Positions 48,734 to 58,451 are shown, counted from the first letter of the stretch. The stretch: DNA of 64,000 nucleotides from an uncultured virus (IMG/VR IMGVR_UViG_3300021400_005597) (IMGVR_UViG_3300021400_005597); one strand, 5' to 3'. The notes: generated by a model not told the origin, from the letters alone. Program-made: numbers and translations.

Positions 48734-49153
48734 CTACATTTCTAAATCTTCAATCTGCTGCGACATTTCCTGAGCTTCCTTCTTAATCTCTTCAAAAGAC
48801 ATTTTAGAATATTTACTTGGCTCTTTATTAAGTCTTGACTGTACACTTTCTTCAATTTCTGTCATTTGAGCCTGCCTATCAGCGACATTTCTGCCATGGA
48901 TATTAGCACAGGTTTTTCTTATTTCGATAAAGGCTGTATTTATCTCATTTAATGAGACAAATGGCTCCTTTTTTGAGCGTTCTGTCTTTAAGTCGGCTAA
49001 AACATCGGTAATATTTTTGCCATTTGAGAATAAAAGGTTTTTATTGTCATCTTCTGTTACAAATGATAAATCAACACTATCATTAAAATAACGAAGAAGT
49101 GTTAATTTAGTGGTTTCCGAGAATTGTACGGGAATAATATTATTGTACTCCAT
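48734..49153 (-). CDS. Hypothetical protein
   Basis: RBS AAAGGA; motif 32 nt upstream. Confidence 0.6.
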   Translation of the reverse strand: MEYNNIIPVQFSETTKLTLLRYFNDSVDLSFVTEDDNKNLLFSNGKNITDVLADLKTERSKKEPFVSLNEINTAFIEIRKTCANIHGRNVADRQAQMTEIEESVQSRLNKEPSKYSKMSFEEIKKEAQEMSQQIEDLEM

Positions 49154-49244
49154 ATATAAATATCCTTTCTTAATTTGATATGTATATATGTTAAAATTTT
49201 AGTAAAATATAAAGCCCATAAGATTTAACTTATGAGCTTTAGTT

Positions 49245-51338
49245 TTAATCAAGTTCGGTCTGGTCTTTAGATGGATTTTCAAGTTCTTCAAGGGCGTTGG
49301 CTATAATCTCTTGCTCTCCTTCGAATTCTTTATTTACCAAGCCATCTGCATAATCAATTGTAATATCATTTAAGAGCATCTGGTTCATCTCTTCTAGACT
49401 ATTAAAGGAAATGCTATGTAAAACAATGTCATCACTTTTTCTGTCCATTCCTTTATAAATTTGACCGATTTTATTAAGTTTAAGGTTTTCTAAATCTACT
49501 TCAAGCCTTGTAAAGATTGTACCTATGCTGGATAATTGTTCTTTATCATCAGGAGCATATAAAGATTTGGCTCTTAATGTGAGTGGCATCTTTGTAAAGT
49601 CAAAGGAGTAACTCTTATCTTTCGTATCTCTAGTGCAAAAAGACTTAAGAAATTCGTCCTTTGTTGGTATTTCCAATTTGTTTACACAAACTTTCCCGTC
49701 AGAATTCCATGTGTAACTACCAGGTATGAAATCTTTTTTAAGTTTCTGACATGCTAAATTATATAAATTATCAATAGCCTTAGTAAGTTGCGGGTTACTT
49801 GAAATAGATGCATAAGCCGAGCCAGGTAATTCAAAATCTTTAGCAGTAATAGACTGCCCTATACCAACAAGGCTTTCTATAGCCTCTTTTTGTTCTGCCC
49901 TAGAATATATTCGGTTTTCAGGCTTACGGTATCTGTCAATATACTTATCGAAGTTCTCGAATGCTTTAATACTTGTTTGTTTTGCATCATATGACTCTTT
50001 TAATAATTTATGTGATGTGTCCATCATTTTTTGGTAAGTAGCAAAAAGAGCGGTATCTTTGGCTTCTGTAAGCGTCTCTTTTAGTTCGGTAAACATATTT
50101 TTAAGTTCATTGACTATATTATTAAGCTGCTTTTGCTCCTCAAACTGAACAGGTTCAATAGGTATTGCTGTGGCTGCATCTGATAAATCAGCACTTGGAG
50201 AATATGCTTTTGGCATATAAGGTGTAATTGACTGATCATCAAGAGTGGATACAATCTGCTTAATACTCTCTCTTTTATCATGAAGTTTAGTATCAGCTCT
50301 TTCATAAGCCTTTAAACACTTGCTGCCATTAAGTAAGTATTGTTTTTCGGCATTGGCAATATTAAGCATTGTATTTGCTAAAAATGATGTGGTTTTTGCT
50401 TTAATAGCATATATATCTTCTGTAAATTCTGATGATATTTGTGCAAGAAGTATTCCACCTGAAAAGTCTATTGCAGCCATCTGAATATCATTAACAGTTT
50501 CTTCAAGTGCATCTTTATCAATTGAATTAATACCTTTCATTACGGTGGTGTCTAATTCATTTAACAGTTTATCCGCTTCTTTATATGTTTTAATTAAGTT
50601 ATTAACAGTTGTCTGGTAATAGCTTTGTGTTAGTGTTGCAACAGATGCTGAAATTGACTGTATTGAATGTTTTACAGTATTTCTTATTGAAGAAATGAAT
50701 GAATATCTTGCATTTCCCTGAGCAGATTGTGAATAACCGATGGCCTTGTTAATATCTCGTTTTGAATCATCAATTAACTTATCAAACGGGTATGTAGCTA
50801 GGCTTGTTTTTTCATCTATTAAGAAATTATCCTCAAACTGTTTGATAGAATTATTTACATTTTCTTCTGATTGTAAAACATCAAGGTGTGCTTCTGAAAG
50901 TGCTATTTCGCTTGAGCAAAGAGCATCATACATACTCTTGGCTTCAGGGATATATTTAACAGACTCTTTTAATTCAAGTATTGTTTCTAATTTAACCTTC
51001 TCTCTTTCAAGATAATGGATTTTAGAAATCATTGTGTCTATCTTATTTTGAAGTTTCTGGGATTCAAAGTCTTGCAAAACATCCGGCTGACTTTTAAGTG
51101 CTTCAAAATCATATGAAAATATATCATTATAATCCTGCTCAATTTCTATAAGCAATTTACGGTATTCTGCTATGGTTTTTGTTTCACCAAGCATTACATT
51201 ATCGCTGAGTTTATAATCAGGTAATGTTGTTAAAATGAATTTATTCATTTCGGCAGCAAAAGACTCTGCATATTCCTTGGACAAAGCCTTATTATATTTG
51301 TTTAAATCAGCAGAATATTTAGTTATAAAATTATTCAT
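49245..51338 (-). CDS. Large helical/coiled-coil hypothetical protein
   Basis: Start moved to ATG 51338 after AGAGG. Confidence 0.65.
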   Translation of the reverse strand: MNNFITKYSADLNKYNKALSKEYAESFAAEMNKFILTTLPDYKLSDNVMLGETKTIAEYRKLLIEIEQDYNDIFSYDFEALKSQPDVLQDFESQKLQNKIDTMISKIHYLEREKVKLETILELKESVKYIPEAKSMYDALCSSEIALSEAHLDVLQSEENVNNSIKQFEDNFLIDEKTSLATYPFDKLIDDSKRDINKAIGYSQSAQGNARYSFISSIRNTVKHSIQSISASVATLTQSYYQTTVNNLIKTYKEADKLLNELDTTVMKGINSIDKDALEETVNDIQMAAIDFSGGILLAQISSEFTEDIYAIKAKTTSFLANTMLNIANAEKQYLLNGSKCLKAYERADTKLHDKRESIKQIVSTLDDQSITPYMPKAYSPSADLSDAATAIPIEPVQFEEQKQLNNIVNELKNMFTELKETLTEAKDTALFATYQKMMDTSHKLLKESYDAKQTSIKAFENFDKYIDRYRKPENRIYSRAEQKEAIESLVGIGQSITAKDFELPGSAYASISSNPQLTKAIDNLYNLACQKLKKDFIPGSYTWNSDGKVCVNKLEIPTKDEFLKSFCTRDTKDKSYSFDFTKMPLTLRAKSLYAPDDKEQLSSIGTIFTRLEVDLENLKLNKIGQIYKGMDRKSDDIVLHSISFNSLEEMNQMLLNDITIDYADGLVNKEFEGEQEIIANALEELENPSKDQTELD

Positions 51339-51351
51339 ATATACCTCTCTA

Positions 51352-51501
51352 TTACATCTCAAAACCTAAATCGTCATCTTCTAAATCAGGAGTTTCCTTC
51401 TCAATTTCATCAGGAGCTGGCTTTTTTGGTTCGATGGACTTAAACTCAAGCATGTTATAAAGGTTTTCTTGCGTTTCCTTATCAAGTTCAATAATATTCA
51501 T
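51352..51501 (-). CDS. 49 aa acidic peptide (not in ORF track)
   Basis: MNIIELDKETQENLYNMLEFKSIEPKKPAPDEIEKETPDLEDDDLGFEM; RBS AAAGGAG; motif 36 nt upstream. Confidence 0.65.
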   Translation of the reverse strand: MNIIELDKETQENLYNMLEFKSIEPKKPAPDEIEKETPDLEDDDLGFEM

Positions 51502-51617
51502 GAATGATAATCTCCTTTCGTAAATTTATTTGGTTATATATGATAAATTTTTTGTAAAAAATATATATGGGGAATTAAAAAGACACCTTACTTGGTAAAA
51601 GAAGATGTCTTTAAGGT

Positions 51618-52106
51618 TTAATGTTCATATTTGATAGTATTTAAGAGTTCTAATGCTTTATTTATGTCCTTTTTAGTAAAACCCTTTTTATAACTAGTCT
51701 TTAAGAGTGCAGGGAGTAAAGAATATGTGGTAAAATCTCTGAAATAATAGTCATCTATTATAATAAATGATGATATATTAAGGTCTTTATGATCATTTAG
51801 CCATCTTACTATTTCTTTACCCCTTTTTAATGATATTTCTTCTATGGGCGTGATTGAATCTATTCTTATATTATATTTAGTGAGTTTTTCTTCTAAATAG
51901 GTATAGGAATTTGGGGCTTTATTAAATTTGTCTATACGCCATGATGATGATAAAACCACTCTTGTATCTTCTTCTTTATTACTTTGTTCATAAAGTAAAG
52001 CAAAGTTTTTAAGGTTTTCATCATCAATGCCTAATTCACCTTGGTAATATTCGGTTGTACAGACATTATTAAGAACCCCATCTATATCCAAGAAGATTAT
52101 TCTCAT
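51618..52106 (-). CDS. HAD phosphatase (HAD_SAK_2, RNA-repair-associated type)
   Basis: FLDIDGVLN, VLSSSWR, RGKEI..WL, IIIDD. Confidence 0.8.
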   Translation of the reverse strand: MRIIFLDIDGVLNNVCTTEYYQGELGIDDENLKNFALLYEQSNKEEDTRVVLSSSWRIDKFNKAPNSYTYLEEKLTKYNIRIDSITPIEEISLKRGKEIVRWLNDHKDLNISSFIIIDDYYFRDFTTYSLLPALLKTSYKKGFTKKDINKALELLNTIKYEH

Positions 52107-54178
52107 TATTTCTTCTCCTTTTTAGGGAAAGATATATCAAACTTAAATCCATAACCCTTAGCGTATGTACCGTCCTGCTTTTGGTAACTGAATTCCTGAG
52201 TTCCGGCCAAAGTAAGATAAGCGTCATATTTGCCCTTTTGTGAGGTAAGGCCTTTAATAAGTGTTTTCTTGCCGGCTAATATACTGGTAATCTGGCTTTC
52301 AGTTAAGTCTTTACCCATAGCCTTATTTACAAACATACCGCACTTATTTACGCAAAATGCACCATACTTACTTACTGCGATATCGTGTCCGCATTTAGGA
52401 CATTTTCCGATAACTTTTACGCCGGCTCTTTCCTTTAATGGAGTAACAGTTCTTTGTTTCATATCGTTAACGGCAGCAGTTAATTCTTTGATAAGTTCGT
52501 CTTGTGTATCTTTTGCTGATAATTCGCCACTTCTTACCTTTGTTAAATACTGTTCCCATTTTGCTGACTCTGTTGGATTGAAAATAGGAATATTCTCAAA
52601 GTTACTTATTATAAGCATTGCTTTATTTGTGGCTGAATATACACCTTTACCCGATACATTGATATAGCCGTTTTCAATACATTCATTGATAATATTGGCT
52701 CTTGTTGCGGGAGTACCAATGGCATATTTAACCTTTTCGCCATCTTCATCTGTGTAGTTTTCAGGGTTATCAAGTGCTTTGATAAGTGATGCTACATTGT
52801 ATCTTGATGGTGGAGTTGATACACATTCTTTTACTGAGAATGCGATAGGTACTAATGTAAGGTCTTTTGTAAAGGTAACACCGCTTGGCTTAGGACCTTC
52901 ATAATCGTGATTGATTACAAACTCAAAACCTGAGTTAATATCGTATTTTTCTGTGTATTCGTATGTAACATCAGAGCCCTCAGGAATGGCTGTAACTTTT
53001 GTATGGCTGGTTTCCTTGTTGCTTGCAAAAATAGCCAGGAAACGCTTGCATATGAGCTCATATAAGGCTCTTTCTTCATCAGACATAGTTGCATTCTCTC
53101 CGGTTGGAATAATGGCTGTATGTCCTTCTGATGCGATTGCCTTGTCATTACAGTAGGTCTTATCTTTTAAGATAGTATCTGAGGTCTTGGTAAGAAGACT
53201 TGGTGATACGCTAACTAATGATAAAACCTTGTTTTTGATTGTTTCGATATCTGTTTCAGTTGAGATATATTCACAGTCTGTACGAGGATATGATACTGTT
53301 CTTTTTTCATATAAGGACTGTAAAACCTCAAGTGTCTTCTTATCTGACATTTTAAGAGCCTTGAATGCTGCCATCTGCAGGGTTGAGAGCTTAAACAGTT
53401 TATCTGGCTTCTTTGTCTTTTTCTCTGTTTTTACATCGACTACTTTGGCTGTATTAGTGTTTGGATTTATCCTTGATGCTTCATCTTCTGTATTTTTAGC
53501 ATCAGGGGAGATAAATTCAAGCCCATTATATGTAAACATTGGCTTATAAGTCTTTGTTTCCACATAATTGTTGATTTCGTTTTCCTTATTAACAATAGCG
53601 TAAACGATATAGCCCTTTACTCTTCCAAGTTTGCAAAGGTCGTTCATCATAAGTGTGGCTACTGCTGTAAAATTCATACCGAACTGATAATCTGTATGCT
53701 GTCTTACTAGGGCTGAATTGAATAAGTTGTTGTATTCATTATCATCTTTAAGGTTTTTAAGAGCTGATAAAATTGAGTGTTCTGAAAGGTCATTTGTCCA
53801 AAATCTCTTAACAGGTTTGGTATTATTCATCTTATTAAGAACAAGACGGACTAACAACTCACCTTCCTGGTCCGGATCGCCTGCGTGAATAATAAAGTCA
53901 TAATTGCCGGCATCATAGGTCTTTTTGATATTGGTAAAGACATCTTTTGTATTTTCTTTAACTTTATAATGGTATGGGTAGATGGTTGGATAGTCGGATA
54001 ATGACCATTTGCCATACTTTTCAGCATCAATTTCCTTTGGAGTCATTAAAGATACTAAATGACCTACCTGAGCACAAAAATCAAGATTATAATTAAATTC
54101 TGATTTGTGTGAGTCATATACAGCTTTAATCTTTCTCATTAAGTCTGGTTTCTCTGCGATTAATAAACCTTTTTCCAT
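52106..54178 (-). CDS. topB: Type IA DNA topoisomerase (Topo III-like)
   Basis: IAEKP, GHL, DPDQEGE, catalytic SYPRTD, GTPATRA, C-terminal CPKCG. Confidence 0.9.
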   Translation of the reverse strand: MEKGLLIAEKPDLMRKIKAVYDSHKSEFNYNLDFCAQVGHLVSLMTPKEIDAEKYGKWSLSDYPTIYPYHYKVKENTKDVFTNIKKTYDAGNYDFIIHAGDPDQEGELLVRLVLNKMNNTKPVKRFWTNDLSEHSILSALKNLKDDNEYNNLFNSALVRQHTDYQFGMNFTAVATLMMNDLCKLGRVKGYIVYAIVNKENEINNYVETKTYKPMFTYNGLEFISPDAKNTEDEASRINPNTNTAKVVDVKTEKKTKKPDKLFKLSTLQMAAFKALKMSDKKTLEVLQSLYEKRTVSYPRTDCEYISTETDIETIKNKVLSLVSVSPSLLTKTSDTILKDKTYCNDKAIASEGHTAIIPTGENATMSDEERALYELICKRFLAIFASNKETSHTKVTAIPEGSDVTYEYTEKYDINSGFEFVINHDYEGPKPSGVTFTKDLTLVPIAFSVKECVSTPPSRYNVASLIKALDNPENYTDEDGEKVKYAIGTPATRANIINECIENGYINVSGKGVYSATNKAMLIISNFENIPIFNPTESAKWEQYLTKVRSGELSAKDTQDELIKELTAAVNDMKQRTVTPLKERAGVKVIGKCPKCGHDIAVSKYGAFCVNKCGMFVNKAMGKDLTESQITSILAGKKTLIKGLTSQKGKYDAYLTLAGTQEFSYQKQDGTYAKGYGFKFDISFPKKEKK

Positions 54179-54192
54179 TGATTATCTCCTTT

Positions 54193-55677
54193 TTACATGA
54201 AATCTGTGCAAATATTTTGGAATATGTTAATTCCCTTAATCTTCTTAAAGTCATCAGGTGTTTTAATCTTACCCATTTGGATAGATGACGAGATATCTTC
54301 AAATAAATGGCTGACCTCTTTTGCATAAGCATCTTGTCCGTAATACTGTGGACCGCCGTCATAAAGCACATAGATGTATGAAAAATCAAAAGTTGGGATA
54401 TTTCTTACGGTATCTATAAATGTATCAACTTCTCGGTAAATAAGAAGTGTGTTAAAATCAGCACTTGCGACAAATACAAGCTGTGCATCAAGTATCTTCT
54501 CTTGTATCTGTGTAAGAATGTTATTGACTTTAATTGGTGTTACGGCAATATGGTTGTCTTGTATCTCGTTTTTTAACATCTGCTGTGGCTTTGAAAGAAG
54601 ATTGTTATAAACCACGGTATCCATTTTGGTGTCTTCTTCGTCTATGGCATCCGGGCGGAGTGCTTTATAATTGTCTTTTTCTATTTTCATCTTCTCTTTG
54701 GCTTCATCAACTGCCTGAGTAATGGTTTTGCCAGAGCCTATCACATAGCCTAGTGAAAGAGAATAAATCAAATCATCGTCCTGATCACTTAATTTATCTA
54801 ATGAGTATTGGATATTATTGATATTGCGGTTTATAGTATCGACATTTTCTACGCCCTCTAAAATAATGACGAATTCATCAGAATCAATTCTGTATGCTTT
54901 ATCACCGAAACTGTCAGCAAGCATTTTAGAAATATCCTTTATGAGTTTATCTCCAAAGGTGTGCCCAAGAGTCTGATTTGTTAAGGCAAGGTTATCAATA
55001 TCACCGTAAATAACAGAAAATACGGGTACCATATGCTTTGAAAACTCTTTTAATGCCTGCTTATTCTGTAAGCCGGTGTTTTCATCGTGGAAAGCAAGAT
55101 ATTTAAGTTCTTCAATACTTAAGTTATCGTTTTTATCTTTCTTTGTGGTCTTCTGCTTTTTAGGTTCTGTCTGTGTTTGAACCGGCTCTGCCTGGCCACT
55201 ATTTTTGGCTTCTTTTGATGCGACTAACTCTGCAAGTTCGTTATCATCATCTTTTTTAATGAAAGACATGATGCTCTTAAACATCTTATCTTTGATTTTA
55301 TTTGAAGATTTAGCATTCTTTTCTTCTAATTCTGCCTTAAGACGCTCAATTTCTTCGTCTTTCTGTCTTGAGAGTTTTGCTTCCTGCTCTTTTTGATAGC
55401 GTTCTTCGTTGGCCTTACGCTTTAATTCTTCTTCTCGTTCCTTTTGAGCAATAATATTTTCATCTATAATAGTTTCATCAGGGTTATAATCATCATTTAC
55501 AACGCTCTGGTTAATATTCTTAATCTGGTCAAGTAAATCATTACCATCAACATCTTCGATAGGCTCATTGATACCTGAAACCATAGAATGTACATCTTTT
55601 GGCTTTGTTTCGTCCAAATACTGATAGTAATAACTGTTCTTTTTATCATCTACTTTTGCAATAATGTTGGTGTCCAT
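54193..55677 (-). CDS. Degenerate GGDEF-domain protein
   Basis: DENTGLQN, DIDNL, GHTFGD, YRIDSDEF; start 55677 after AGGAG. Confidence 0.8.
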   Translation of the reverse strand: MDTNIIAKVDDKKNSYYYQYLDETKPKDVHSMVSGINEPIEDVDGNDLLDQIKNINQSVVNDDYNPDETIIDENIIAQKEREEELKRKANEERYQKEQEAKLSRQKDEEIERLKAELEEKNAKSSNKIKDKMFKSIMSFIKKDDDNELAELVASKEAKNSGQAEPVQTQTEPKKQKTTKKDKNDNLSIEELKYLAFHDENTGLQNKQALKEFSKHMVPVFSVIYGDIDNLALTNQTLGHTFGDKLIKDISKMLADSFGDKAYRIDSDEFVIILEGVENVDTINRNINNIQYSLDKLSDQDDDLIYSLSLGYVIGSGKTITQAVDEAKEKMKIEKDNYKALRPDAIDEEDTKMDTVVYNNLLSKPQQMLKNEIQDNHIAVTPIKVNNILTQIQEKILDAQLVFVASADFNTLLIYREVDTFIDTVRNIPTFDFSYIYVLYDGGPQYYGQDAYAKEVSHLFEDISSSIQMGKIKTPDDFKKIKGINIFQNICTDFM

Positions 55678-55687
55678 AGTTGTCTCC

Positions 55688-56224
55688 TTATGAAAATACA
55701 AAATTTATAAGTGCTTTTTCTTCCGTGCTTAAATCAGTAAGACTGAGTTCGTCGGTAAGATTTCTGCCTGATATATTAAATTTGATGATAAGAGCATTTA
55801 CCCTCTCTCTTGGGTAGAGTTTTTTGAAGAATGGTGAGTAAAAGATTAAATCATCATAATAAACCGGGTATTCGGTCGGGTTTTTAAGAGTGAACTTATA
55901 TAATAAATCAACTCTGGCTTTGGTACTAAATGGCATACCATAATCATGCACATAAGAGATAAGCTGTAAGTTAGGTGTATGAGTAATATCAATGTTTTCC
56001 CATACGGTGTCTTTATCTGTACGCACAGAATCGGTATCTATATCTGCCGATGTTGACATTTTATTGATATTGTCTTTAATTATCTTAGAACGGTCTTTAT
56101 TCTCGTTGTAGGTCTGTATCTGTGCTTTAGTGCCATACCAATCATCTGCCTTTTCGTCATATTTAAGATCTGAAAGCATAGCGATAGATTTAAGTTCAAA
56201 TGGAACCTTAATGTGTTCTGCCAT
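55688..56224 (-). CDS. Hypothetical protein
   Basis: ATG 56224 after GGAG; motif 31 nt upstream. Confidence 0.6.
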   Translation of the reverse strand: MAEHIKVPFELKSIAMLSDLKYDEKADDWYGTKAQIQTYNENKDRSKIIKDNINKMSTSADIDTDSVRTDKDTVWENIDITHTPNLQLISYVHDYGMPFSTKARVDLLYKFTLKNPTEYPVYYDDLIFYSPFFKKLYPRERVNALIIKFNISGRNLTDELSLTDLSTEEKALINFVFS

Positions 56225-56326
56225 ATGTTCATCTCCAATCTTCAAAGTTATGTATATATGTAAAATAAAATTTTGAAATTTATGATGGATAAAATAAGAT
56301 TGGTCGAATAATGAGTATTGATAGAT

Positions 56327-56446
56327 AGCCGTATATTGACTGTGTTTTTAGGGGGAAATAGTCGTATATTGGCTTGATTTGAAATATTTATAAATAAATA
56401 ATTATAAATAATTATTTATTAGTATATTATTCCTTATTATACTTTT
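56327..56446. repeat. Copy 2 of duplicated regulatory/oriT-like block, upstream of relaxase
   Basis: Boxes at 56327 and 56360 plus identical 29-mer at 56418-56446. Confidence 0.8.
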
Positions 56447-56492
56447 TATTTTTTACATATATATAAAAGTATTTATGAAAGGAATGAATATT

Positions 56493-57605
56493 ATGAATAA
56501 CAGAACTGTATTATCAATCAGCAAAATACACACATTTGCACAGTTAAGTTCATCTGATAAGCATAATACCAGACAAGAACTTACAGCAGAGAATATAGAT
56601 ACTACAAAGATTTATAATAATAAAATTTTAGTATCAACAGACGGATTGTCTTTTAGTGAGAAATGGAAAGAAAAGTTTAATCAAAAAGAAATTGAAATCG
56701 GACATCCTATTAAAAATAGAAAGAACGCTGTTTTGGCTCTTGAAATTATTACAGGTTTTTCGCATGAAATGTCTGATAAAATTGACCTTGATGAATGGGG
56801 CAAAAAGAATGTTGAATGGATAAAAGAACAATTCGGTGAAGATAATATTGTTTCTTCTATTATGCATCTTGATGAATCGTCTCCTCACATCCATACTATC
56901 GTAATACCTTTCAAAGATGATAGGTTGAATGCCAAAGCATATACGGGTGGAAAAGTTGCTATGTATAATCTTCAGACATCTTATGCAAATAAAATGGCTG
57001 ATTTTGGTTTGGTCCGTGGCAGAAAGAAAAGCAAGGCAAAAAGAAAGATGCTAGACAGGTTCTATTCTTCTGTTGATGAAATAGAAAAAATGGGGCCACC
57101 GGCTATCGGAGCATCTGAAAGTATTGACCAATATGTAAAAAGAATTGAAGAAAGTAATAAGACTTATGCTTTAGCTGCACTTAACCTTAAACAGCAGCTT
57201 GTTAATGAAAAATTAGACAGAGATGAAATTATTATGGCTCAAATGTCAAAATATGAAGATGCTATCAATCTTTACGAAGAACTTGTGGACAGATATGATG
57301 GTGATATCTGCAAAGCTAAGCAAAGGGTTAATCAGTATAGAAAAATAGAAATGGCTGTTCCTAAACCGGCATTGCAGAAATTGTTGGACGGAATGCTGCA
57401 GAAGTTTGATTTATTCCAGAGCCTTGAGTTTAAGAGACTTAATGATAAGAAAAAGAAACGCCTTATGCGTGATCCTTACAAAGAAGATATACCTGAAACT
57501 ATCGGTGAAATACCTGCAAGTTTCGGTGAAAACAACATATTAGATGATACAGATGATATTGCAAGTTCAGACGATACCGCATCTGCTTTATATAATATTA
57601 AATAA
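56493..57605 (+). CDS. MobV/Pre-family relaxase (plasmid recombination enzyme)
   Basis: HNTR, RKNAVLALE, HLDESSPHIH, LQTSY, GLVRG; likely start 56493 after AAAGGA. Confidence 0.88.
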   Translation: MNNRTVLSISKIHTFAQLSSSDKHNTRQELTAENIDTTKIYNNKILVSTDGLSFSEKWKEKFNQKEIEIGHPIKNRKNAVLALEIITGFSHEMSDKIDLDEWGKKNVEWIKEQFGEDNIVSSIMHLDESSPHIHTIVIPFKDDRLNAKAYTGGKVAMYNLQTSYANKMADFGLVRGRKKSKAKRKMLDRFYSSVDEIEKMGPPAIGASESIDQYVKRIEESNKTYALAALNLKQQLVNEKLDRDEIIMAQMSKYEDAINLYEELVDRYDGDICKAKQRVNQYRKIEMAVPKPALQKLLDGMLQKFDLFQSLEFKRLNDKKKKRLMRDPYKEDIPETIGEIPASFGENNILDDTDDIASSDDTASALYNIK

Positions 57606-57606
57606 A

Positions 57607-57636
57607 TTGACATAGATTTTATCCATAGTGTATTAT
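57607..57636 (+). promoter_or_regulatory. SigmaA-like promoter
   Basis: TTGACA-N18-TATTAT. Confidence 0.45.
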
Positions 57637-57687
57637 AAAAAAAGTTAAATTTTTATTTAACATATATAATTAGCAAGAAAAAATAGA

Positions 57688-58125
57688 ATGGAGAACTACA
57701 CTATGGATAATTTTTATTCAAATGAATATTCATCAACTAAAATTACATTTTTAGATAGAGCAAAGAATAACCCGATATTACCATTATTTATGCTATTATG
57801 GTGGGGAATTATTGGAATTTTAATGGCATCAGAGTTTATACCGGCTGTTAAGAAAATAACTGACCAATTGTTAAGTAAAGTTCCAAGCAATATAATAATG
57901 ATAGGTTTTTTAATTACAGCAATATTATTATTCTCATTCATTATTGTATTTAATATTATTTATCTTAAACCTTTATATACATTCACATTTAGTATGGGAA
58001 TAATTGGACTTTTGTTAATATTATTTGTGTTACATTTTGGAATTACGGCAAGTGTCTTTTTAGCACCGTTAATCTTACTTATTGACCTGGTAAAGATTAT
58101 GACACATAATCCTATTGTTTGGTAA
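57688..58125 (+). CDS. Integral membrane protein
   Basis: About four hydrophobic segments; alternative start 57703. Confidence 0.6.
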   Translation: MENYTMDNFYSNEYSSTKITFLDRAKNNPILPLFMLLWWGIIGILMASEFIPAVKKITDQLLSKVPSNIIMIGFLITAILLFSFIIVFNIIYLKPLYTFTFSMGIIGLLLILFVLHFGITASVFLAPLILLIDLVKIMTHNPIVW

Positions 58126-58144
58126 AATAAAATACTTATAATAG

Positions 58145-58174
58145 AAAAAAAGAGTGTTTTAAGCACTCTTTTTT
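58145..58174. terminator. Bidirectional terminator (near-twin at 58555-58583)
   Basis: AAAAAAGAGTG...CACTCTTTTTT. Confidence 0.7.
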
Positions 58175-58196
58175 ATTTTATTATATATAGCAATGA

Positions 58197-58451
58197 TTAA
58201 ATCTTTTTTAAGGTGGATTTTACTAGCATTGAACGAGTATCAAACTCGTCAAGAATGGATTTTTCTTCTAAAGTAATTTTAGGGCATAAACCTCTGATTG
58301 CAGCATCCACTTCTACACCAAGATGCTGTCTGTTTGCTGTATAATATAAGGTTTCAGGATCATGCTCTGAATAATATAATGCTGTTATAGTTGTTTTATA
58401 GAAATCGGTAACCTTAACACCTTCTATAAATCTTTCCATTTGTTCTGTCAT
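58197..58451 (-). CDS. Small hypothetical protein
   Basis: RBS GAGGAG; motif 32 nt upstream. Confidence 0.6.
   Translation of the reverse strand: MTEQMERFIEGVKVTDFYKTTITALYYSEHDPETLYYTANRQHLGVEVDAAIRGLCPKITLEEKSILDEFDTRSMLVKSTLKKI

Noticed and set aside
57625..57637. ATAGTGTATTATA as a pMV158-like nick site
   Set aside because: Downstream of mob, lacks the inverted-repeat arms, and is better explained as the -10 of a TTGACA promoter
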